In this document: piece after piece, positions 52,301 through 64,000 of the stretch
Layout: every line of letters starts with the position of its first letter
How positions within the stretch are numbered: the stretch's first letter is position 1
Made by a program: the position numbers and the translations under genes
Notes under the pieces: model-generated
What the model saw: only the letters and a program-made list of their open reading frames with translations
What the model was told of the DNA's origin: nothing
The model's database searches: none
Source: Eledone cirrhosa
Taxonomy: Eukaryota
Length of the DNA: 64,000 nucleotides
Assembly: GCA_964016885.1 (NCBI GenBank)
Contig: OZ024741.1
Span: 85,932,001-85,996,000 of the forward strand
Direction: 5' to 3'

Positions 52301-55300
52301 TATACCTCCAACAACAACACTATCCACTATACCCCCACCAACAACACTATCCACTATACCTCCAACAACAACACTATCCACTATACCACCACCAACAACA
52401 CTATCCACTATACCACCAACAACAACACTATCCACTATACCACCAACAACAACACTATCCACTATACCACCACCAGCAACACTATCCACTATACCACCAC
52501 CAGCAACACTATCCACTATACCACCACCAGCAACACTATCCACTATACCACCACCAACAACACTATCCACTATACCTCCAACAACAACACTATCCACTAT
52601 ACCACCACCAACAACACTATCCACTATACCACCAACAACAACACTATCCACTATACCTCCAACAACAACACTATCCACTATACCCCCACCAACAACACTA
52701 TCCACTATACCTCCAACAACAACACTATCCACTATACCACCACCAACAACACTATCCACTATACCACCAACAACAACACTATCCACTATACCACCAACAA
52801 CAACACTATCCACTATACCACCAGCAACACTATCCACTATACCACCAACAACAACACTATCTACTATACCACCAACAACAACACTATCCACTATACCACT
52901 AACAACAACACTATCCACTATACCACCACCAACAACACTATCTACTATACCACCAACAACAACACTATCCACTATACCACTAACAACAACACTATCCACT
53001 ATACCACCAACAACACTATCCACTATACCACCAACAACAACACTATCCACTATACCACCAACAACACTATCCACTATCCACCAGCAACACTATCCACTAT
53101 ACCACCAACAACAACACTATCTACTATACCACCAACAACAACACTATCCATTATACCACCAACAACAACACTATCCACTATACCACCAGCAACACTATCC
53201 ACTATACCACCAACAACAACACTATCTACTATACCACCAACAACAACACTATCCACTATACCACCAACAACACTATCCACTATACCACCAACAACAACAC
53301 TATCCACTATACCACCAGCAACACTATCCACTATACCACCAACAACAACACTATCTACTATACCACCAACAACAACACTATCCACTATACCACCAACAAC
53401 AACACTATCCACTATACCACCAACAACACTATCCACTATACCACCAACAACAACACTATCCACTATACCACCAACAACACTATCCACTATCCACCAGCAA
53501 CACTATCCACTATACCACCAACAACAACACTATCCACTATACCACCAACAACACTATCCACTATACCCCCAGCAGCACACTATCCACTATACCACCAACA
53601 ACAACACTAACCACTATACCCCCACCAACAACACTATCCACTATACCACCAACAACAACACTATCCACTATACCACCAACAACAACACTAACCACTATAC
53701 CCCCACCAGCAACACTATCCACTATACCACCAACAACAACACTATCCACTATACCACCAACAACAACACTATCCACTATACCACCAACAACAACACTATC
53801 CAGTATACCACCAACAACAACACTATCCACTATACCCCCGCCAGCAACACTATCCACTATACCACCAACAAGAACACTATCCACTATACCCCCACCAGCA
53901 ACACTATCCACTATACCCCCACCAGCAACACTATCCACTATACCACCAACAACAACACTATCCACTATACCACCAACAACAACACTATCCACTATACCAC
54001 CAACAACAACACTATCCACTATACCACCAACAAAACACTATCCACTATACCACCACCAACAACACTATCCACTATACAACCAACAACAACACTATGCACT
54101 ATACCACCACCAACAACACTATCCACTATACCTCCAACAACAACACTATCCACTATACCTCCAACAACAACACTATCCACTATACCCCCAGCAGCACACT
54201 ATCCACTATACCACCAACAACAACACTAACCACTATACCCCCACCAGCAACACTATCCACTATACCACCAACAACAACACTATCCACTATACCACCACCA
54301 ACAACACTATCAACTATACCCCCACCAGCAACACTATCCACTATACCACCAACAACAACACTATCCACTATACCACCACCAACAACACTATCCACTATAC
54401 CCCCACCAGCAACACTATCCACTATACCACCAGCAGCACACTATCCACTATACCACCACCAACAACACTAACCACTATACCCCCACCAACAACACTATCC
54501 ACTATACCACCAACAACAACACTATCCACTATACCACCACCAACAACACTAACCACTATACCCCCACCAACAACACTATCCACTATACCCCCACCAGCAA
54601 CACTATCCACTATACCACCAACAACAACACTATCCACTATACCCCCACCAACAACACTATCCACTATACCACCAACAACAACACTATCCACTATACCACC
54701 AACAACAACACTATCCACTATACCACCACCAACAACACTATCCACTATACCACCAACAACAACACTATCCACTATACCACCAACAACAACACTATCCACT
54801 ATACCACCAACAACAACACTATCCACTATACCCCCAGCAGCACACTATCCACTATACCACCAACAACAACACTAACCACTATACCCCCACCAACAACACT
54901 ATCCACTATACCACCAACAACAACACTATCCACTATACCACCAACAACAACACTAACCACTATACCCCCACCAACAACACTATCCACTATACCACCAACA
55001 ACAACACTATCCACTATACCACCAACAACAACACTATCCACTATACCCCCAACAGCAACACTATCCACTATACCACCAACAACAACACTATCCACTATAC
55101 CCCCACCAACAACACTATACACTATACCACCAACAACAACACTATCCACTATACCACCAACAACAACACTATCCACTATACCCCCACCAGCAACACTATC
55201 CACTATACCACCAACAACAACACTATCCACTATACCCCCACCAACAACACTATCCACTATACCACCAACAACAACACTATCCACTATACCACCAACAACA

Positions 55301-58300
55301 ACACTATCCACTATACCCCCAGCAGCACACTATCCACTATACCACCAACAACAACACTATCCACTATACCACCAACAACAACACTATCCACTATACCACC
55401 AACAACAACACTATCCACTATACAACCACCAACAACACTATCCACTATACCCCCAGCAGCACACTATCCACTATACCACCAACAACAACACTAACCACTA
55501 TACCCCCACCAACAACACTATCCACTATACCCCCACCAGCAACACTATCCACTATACCACCAACAACAACACTATCCACTATACCACCAACAACAACACT
55601 ATCCACTATACCACCAACAACAACACTATCCACTATACCACCAACAACAACACTATCCACTATACCAACAACAACACTATCCACTATACCACCAACAACA
55701 CTATCCACTATACCACCAACAACACTATCCACTATACCACCAACAACAACACTATCCACTATACCACCAACAACACTATCCACTATACCCCCACCAGCAA
55801 CACTATCCACTATACCACCACCAACAACACTATCCACTATACCACCACCAACAACACTATCCACTATACCACCAACAACACTATCCACTATACCACCAAC
55901 AACACTATCCACTATACCACCAACAACAACACTATCCACTATACCACCAACAACACTATCCACTATACCCCCACCAGCAACACTATCCACTATACCACCA
56001 CCAACAACACTATCCACTATACCACCACCAACAACACTATCCACTATACCACCAACAACAACACTATCCACTATACCACCAACAACACTATCCACTATAC
56101 CCCCACCAGCAACACTATCCACTATACCACCACCAACAACACTATCCACTATACCACCAACAACAACACTATCCACTATCCACCAGCAACACTATCCACT
56201 ATACCACCACCAACAACACTATCCACTATACCACCAACAACAACACTATCCACTATACCACCAACAACACTATCCACTATACCCCCACCAGCAACACTAT
56301 CCACTATACCACCAATAACAACACTATCCACTATACCACCAACAACAACACTATCCACTATACCCCCAACAACAACACTATCCACTATACCACCAACAAC
56401 AACACTATCCACTATACCACCAACAACAACACTATCCACTATACCCCCAACAACAACACTATCCACTATACCACCAACAACAACACTATCCACTATACCA
56501 CCACCAACAACACTATCCACTATACCACCAACAACAACACTATCCACTATACCTCCAACAACAACACTATCCACTATACCCCCACCAACAACACTATCCA
56601 CTATACCTCCAACAACAACACTATCCACTATACCACCACCAACAACACTATCCACTATACCACCAACAACAACACTATCCACTATACCACCAACAACAAC
56701 ACTATCCACTATACCACCACCAGCAACACTATCCACTATACCACCACCAGCAACACTATCCACTATACCACCACCAGCAACACTATCCACTATACCACCA
56801 CCAACAACACTATCCACTATACCTCCAACAACAACACTATCCACTATACCACCACCAACAACACTATCCACTATACCACCAACAACAACACTATCCACTA
56901 TACCTCCAACAACAACACTATCCACTATACCCCCACCAACAACACTATCCACTATACCTCCAACAACAACACTATCCACTATACCACCACCAACAACACT
57001 ATCCACTATACCACCAACAACAACACTATCCACTATACCACCAACAACAACACTATCCACTATACCACCAGCAACACTATCCACTATACCACCAACAACA
57101 ACACTATCTACTATACCACCAACAACAACACTATCCACTATACCACTAACAACAACACTATCCACTATACCACCACCAACAACACTATCTACTATACCAC
57201 CAACAACAACACTATCCACTATACCACTAACAACAACACTATCCACTATACCACCAACAACACTATCCACTATACCACCAACAACAACACTATCCACTAT
57301 ACCACCAACAACACTATCCACTATCCACCAGCAACACTATCCACTATACCACCAACAACAACACTATCTACTATACCACCAACAACAACACTATCCACTA
57401 TACCACCAACAACAACACTATCCACTATACCACCAGCAACACTATCCACTATACCACCAACAACAACACTATCCACTATACCACCAGCAACACTATCCAC
57501 TATACCACCAACAACAACACTATCCACTATACCACCAACAACACTATCCACTATACCACCAACAACACTATCTACTATACCACCAACAACAACACTATCC
57601 ACTATACCACCAACAACAACACTATCCACTATACCACCAGCAACACTATCCACTATACCACCAGCAACAACACTATCCACTATACCACCAGCAACACTAT
57701 CCACTATACCACCAACAACAACACTATCCACTATACCACCAGCAACACTATCCACTATACCACCAACAACAACACTATCCACTATACCACCAACAACACT
57801 ATCCACTATACCACCAACAACACTATCTACTATACCACCAACAACAACACTATCCACTATACCACCAACAACAACACTATCCACTATACCACCAGCAACA
57901 CTATCCACTATACCACCAGCAACAACACTATCCACTATACCACCAGCAACACTATCCACTATACCACCAACAACAACACTATCCACTATACCACCAGCAA
58001 CAACACTATCCACTATACCACCAGCAACACTATCCACTATACCACCAACAACAACACTATCCACTATACCACCAACAACACTATCCACTATGCCACCAGC
58101 AACACTATCCACTATACCACCAACAACAACACTATCCACTATACCACCAACAACACTATCCACTATACCACCAACAACACTATCTACTATACCACCAACA
58201 ACAACACTATCCACTATACCACCAACAACAACACTATCCACTATACCACCAGCAACACTATCCACTATACCACCAGCAACAACACTATCCACTATACCAC

Positions 58301-61300
58301 CAGCAACACTATCCACTATACCACCAACAACAACACTATCCACTATACCACCAGCAACACTATCCACTATACCACCAACAACAACACTATCCACTATACC
58401 GCCAACAACACTATCCACTATCCACCAGCAACACTATCCACTATACCACCAACAACAACACTATCTACTATACCACCAACAACAACACTATCCACTATAC
58501 CACCAACAACAACACTATCCACTATACCACCAGCAACACTATCCACTATACCACCAACAACAACACTATCCACTATACCACCAGCAACACTATCCACTAT
58601 ACCACCAACAACAACACTATCCACTATACCACCAACAACACTATCCACTATACCACCAACAACACTATCTACTATACCACCAACAACAACACTATCCACT
58701 ATACCACCACCAACAACACTATCCACTATACCCCCACCAGCAACACTATCCACTATACCACCAGCAGCACACTATCCACTATACCACCACCAACAACACT
58801 AACCACTATACCCCCACCAACAACACTATCCACTATACCACCAACAACAACACTATCCACTATACCACCACCAACAACACTAACCACTATACCCCCACCA
58901 ACAACACTATCCACTATACCCCCACCAGCAACACTATCCACTATACCACCAACAACAACACTATCCACTATACCCCCACCAACAACACTATCCACTATAC
59001 CACCAACAACAACACTATCCACTATACCACCAACAACAACACTATCCACTATACCACCACCAACAACACTATCCACTATACCACCAACAACAACACTATC
59101 CACTAAACCACCAACAACAACACTATCCACTATACCACCAACAACAACACTATCCACTATACCCCCAGCAGCACACTATCCACTATACCACCAACAACAA
59201 CACTAACCACTATACCCCCACCAACAACACTATCCACTATACCACCAACAACAACACTATCCACTATACCACCAACAACAACACTAACCACTATACCCCC
59301 ACCAACAACACTATCCACTATACCACCAACAACAACACTATCCACTATACCACCAACAACAACACTATCCACTATACCCCCAACAGCAACACTATCCACT
59401 ATACCACCAACAACAACACTATCCACTATACCCCCACCAACAACACTATACACTATACCACCAACAACAACACTATCCACTATACCACCAACAACAACAC
59501 TATCCACTATACCCCCACCAGCAACACTATCCACTATACCACCAACAACAACACTATCCACTATACCCCCACCAACAACACTATCCACTATACCACCAAC
59601 AACAACACTATCCACTATACCACCAACAACAACACTATCCACTATACCCCCAGCAGCACACTATCCACTATACCACCAACAACAACACTATCCACTATAC
59701 CACCAACAACAACACTATCCACTATACCACCAACAACAACACTATCCACTATACAACCACCAACAACACTATCCACTATACCCCCAGCAGCACACTATCC
59801 ACTATACCACCAACAACAACACTAACCACTATACCCCCACCAACAACACTATCCACTATACCCCCACCAGCAACACTATCCACTATACCACCAACAACAA
59901 CACTATACACTATACCACCAACAACAACACTATCCACTATACCACCAACAACAACACTATCCACTATACCACCAACAACAACACTATCCACTATACCAAC
60001 AACAACACTATCCACTATACCACCAACAACACTATCCACTATACCACCAACAACACTATCCACTATACCACCAACAACAACACTATCCACTATACCACCA
60101 ACAACACTATCCACTATACCCCCACCAGCAACACTATCCACTATACCACCACCAACAACACTATCCACTATACCACCACCAACAACACTATCCACTATAC
60201 CACCAACAACACTATCCACTATACCACCAACAACACTATCCACTATACCACCAACAACAACACTATCCACTATACCACCAACAACACTATCCACTATACC
60301 CCCACCAGCAACACTATCCACTATACCACCACCAACAACACTATCCACTATACCACCACCAACAACACTATCCACTATACCACCAACAACAACACTATCC
60401 ACTATACCACCAACAACACTATCCACTATACCCCCACCAGCAACACTATCCACTATACCACCACCAACAACACTATCCACTATACCACCAACAACAACAC
60501 TATCCACTATCCACCAGCAACACTATCCACTATACCACCACCAACAACACTATCCACTATACCACCAACAACAACACTATCCACTATACCACCAACAACA
60601 CTATCCACTATACCCCCACCAGCAACACTATCCACTATACCACCAATAACAACACTATCCACTATACCACCAACAACAACACTATCCACTATACCCCCAA
60701 CAACAACACTATCCACTATACCACCAACAACAACACTATCCACTATACCCCCAACAACAACACTATCCACTATACCACCAACAACAACACTATCCACTAT
60801 ACCACCACCAACAACACTATCCACTATACCACCAACAACAACACTATCCACTATACCTCCAACAACAACACTATCCACTATACCCCCACCAACAACACTA
60901 TCCACTATACCTCCAACAACAACACTATCCACTATACCACCACCAACAACACTATCCACTATACCACCAACAACAACACTATCCACTATACCACCAACAA
61001 CAACACTATCCACTATACCACCACCAGCAACACTATCCACTATACCACCACCAGCAACACTATCCACTATACCACCACCAGCAACACTATCCACTATACC
61101 ACCACCAACAACACTATCCACTATACCTCCAACAACACTATCCACTATACCACCACCAACAACACTATCCACTATACCACCAACAACAACACTATCCACT
61201 ATACCTCCAACAACAACACTATCCACTATACCCCCACCAACAACACTATCCACTATACCTCCAACAACAACACTATCCACTATACCACCACCAACAACAC

Positions 61301-64000
61301 TATCCACTATACCACCAACAACAACACTATCCACTATACCACCAACAACAACACTATCCACTATACCACCAGCAACACTATCCACTATACCACCAACAAC
61401 AACACTATCTACTATACCACCAACAACAACACTATCCACTATACCACTAACAACAACACTATCCACTATACCACCACCAACAACACTATCTACTATACCA
61501 CCAACAACAACACTATCCACTATACCACTAACAACAACACTATCCACTATACCACCAACAACACTATCCACTATACCACCAACAACAACACTATCCACTA
61601 TACCACCAACAACACTATCCACTATCCACCAGCAACACTATCCACTATACCACCAACAACAACACTATCTACTATACCACCAACAACAACACTATCCATT
61701 ATACCACCAACAACAACACTATCCACTATACCACCAGCAACACTATCCACTATACCACCAACAACAACACTATCTACTATACCACCAACAACAACACTAT
61801 CCACTATACCACCAACAACACTATCCACTATACCACCAACAACAACACTATCCACTATACCACCAGCAACACTATCCACTATACCACCAACAACAACACT
61901 ATCTACTATACCACCAACAACAACACTATCCACTATACCACCAACAACAACACTATCCACTATACCACCAACAACACTATCCACTATACCACCAACAACA
62001 ACACTATCCACTATACCACCAACAACACTATCCACTATCCACCAGCAACACTATCCACTATACCACCAACAACAACACTATCTACTATACCACCAACAAC
62101 AACACTATCCACTATACCACCAACAACAACACTATCCACTATACCACCAGCAACACTATCCACTATACCACCAACAACAACACTATCCACTATACCACCA
62201 GCAACACTATCCACTATACCACCAACAACAACACTATCCACTATACCACCAACAACACTATCCACTATACCACCAACAACACTATCTACTATACCACCAA
62301 CAACAACACTATCCACTATACCACCAACAACAACACTATCCACTATACCACCAGCAACACTATCCACTATACCACCAGCAACAACACTATCCACTATACC
62401 ACCAGCAACACTATCCACTATACCACCAACAACAACACTATCCACTATACCACCAGCAACACTATCCACTATACCACCAACAACAACACTATCCACTATA
62501 CCACCAACAACACTATCCACTATACCACCAACAACACTATCTACTATACCACCAACAACAACACTATCCACTATACCACCAACAACAACACTATCCACTA
62601 TACCACCAGCAACACTATCCACTATACCACCAGCAACAACACTATCCACTATACCACCAGCAACACTATCCACTATACCACCAACAACAACACTATCCAC
62701 TATACCACCAGCAACAACACTATCCACTATACCACCAGCAACACTATCCACTATACCACCAACAACAACGCTATCCACTATACCACCAACAACACTATCC
62801 ACTATGCCACCAGCAACACTATCCACTATACCACCAACAACAACACTATCCACTATACCACCAACAACACTATCCACTATACCACCAACAACACTATCTA
62901 CTATACCACCAACAACAACACTATCCACTATACCACCAACAACAACACTATCCACTATACCACCAGCAACACTATCCACTATACCACCAGCAACAACACT
63001 ATCCACTATACCACCAGCAACACTATCCACTATACCACCAACAACAACACTATCCACTATACCACCAGCAACACTATCCACTATACCACCAACAACAACA
63101 CTATCCACTATACCGCCAACAACACTATCCACTATCCACCAGCAACACTATCCACTATACCACCAACAACAACACTATCTACTATACCACCAACAACAAC
63201 ACTATCCACTATACCACCAACAACAACACTATCCACTATACCACCAGCAACACTATCCACTATACCACCAACAACAACACTATCCACTATACCACCAGCA
63301 ACACTATCCACTATACCACCAACAACAACACTATCCACTATACCACCAACAACACTATCCACTATACCACCAACAACACTATCTACTATACCACCAACAA
63401 CAACACTATCCACTATACCACCAACAACAACACTATCCACTATACCACCAGCAACACTATCCACTATACCACCAGCAACAACACTATCCACTATACCACC
63501 AGCAACACTATCCACTATACCACCAACAACAACACTATCCACTATACCACCAGCAACACTATCCACTATACCACCAACAACAACACTATCCACTATACCA
63601 CCAACAACACTATCCACTATACCACCAACAACACTATCTACTATACCACCAACAACAACACTATCCACTATACCACCAACAACAACACTATCCACTATAC
63701 CACCAGCAACACTATCCACTATACCACCAGCAACAACACTATCCACTATACCACCAGCAACACTATCCACTATACCACCAACAACAACACTATCCACTAT
63801 ACCACCAACAACACTATCTACTATACCACCAACAACAACACTATCCACTATACCACCACCAACAACACTATCCACTATACCACCAACAACACTATCCACT
63901 ATACCACCAACAACACTATCCACTATACCACCAACAACAACACTATCCACTATACCACCAACAACAACACTATCCACTATACCACCAACAACAACACTAT
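40370..64000. repeat. Large 27-bp satellite array (>23 kb, roughly 850-900 units, runs off window end)
   Basis: Consensus ACACTATCCACTATACCACCAACAACA with 24/30-bp (+/-CAA) and rarer frameshifting (e.g. 26/23-bp) variants; the + strand is almost G-free. Confidence 0.98.

Noticed and set aside
40407-63977. Giant ORFs (up to 2390 aa) as mucin/adhesin genes
   Set aside because: They are pure satellite: all + frames are open because G is nearly absent, units of non-triplet length shift frames repeatedly, and there is no signal peptide or unique domain.
40370-64000. Telomeric repeat array
   Set aside because: There are no TTAGGG/TTAGG units, and the G-rich strand runs 5'->3' toward the unique sequence, opposite to a telomere lying to the right.

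Overview
Eukaryotic (animal) genomic DNA. It is AT-rich and dense in microsatellites and SINEs; the repeat landscape resembles an octopus/coleoid cephalopod genome (inference). There is one host gene: a spliced minus-strand MANEA (GH99 Golgi endo-alpha-1,2-mannosidase) with 3 coding exons (18923-18323, 17428-17319, 15377-14553; about 511 aa). Just upstream, apparently in a 5'-UTR intron, is a very young full-length Ty3/Gypsy LTR retrotransposon of the CsRn1/Kabuki clade (19307-24831; 235-bp LTRs with 1 mismatch; AGGT TSD), nested in an older L1/Tx1 LINE. Despite its youth it ends TG..AA and has a shortened tRNA-Trp PBS, no PPT and a mutated RT catalytic Asp. The rest of 1-40 kb holds decayed CRE-clade, RTE-like, CR1/L2 and Penelope retroelements, tRNA-derived SINEs, piggyBac/pogo-type MITEs, Helitron-like elements, several inverted/direct-repeat structures and a 57-bp minisatellite. 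From about 40.4 kb to the window end runs a >23-kb, strand-asymmetric 27-bp satellite with a roughly 4.2-4.7 kb higher-order structure; its giant ORFs are compositional artefacts. I found no CRISPR, rRNA or prokaryotic features and cannot claim a clearly new biological system. The best leads are listed as findings.
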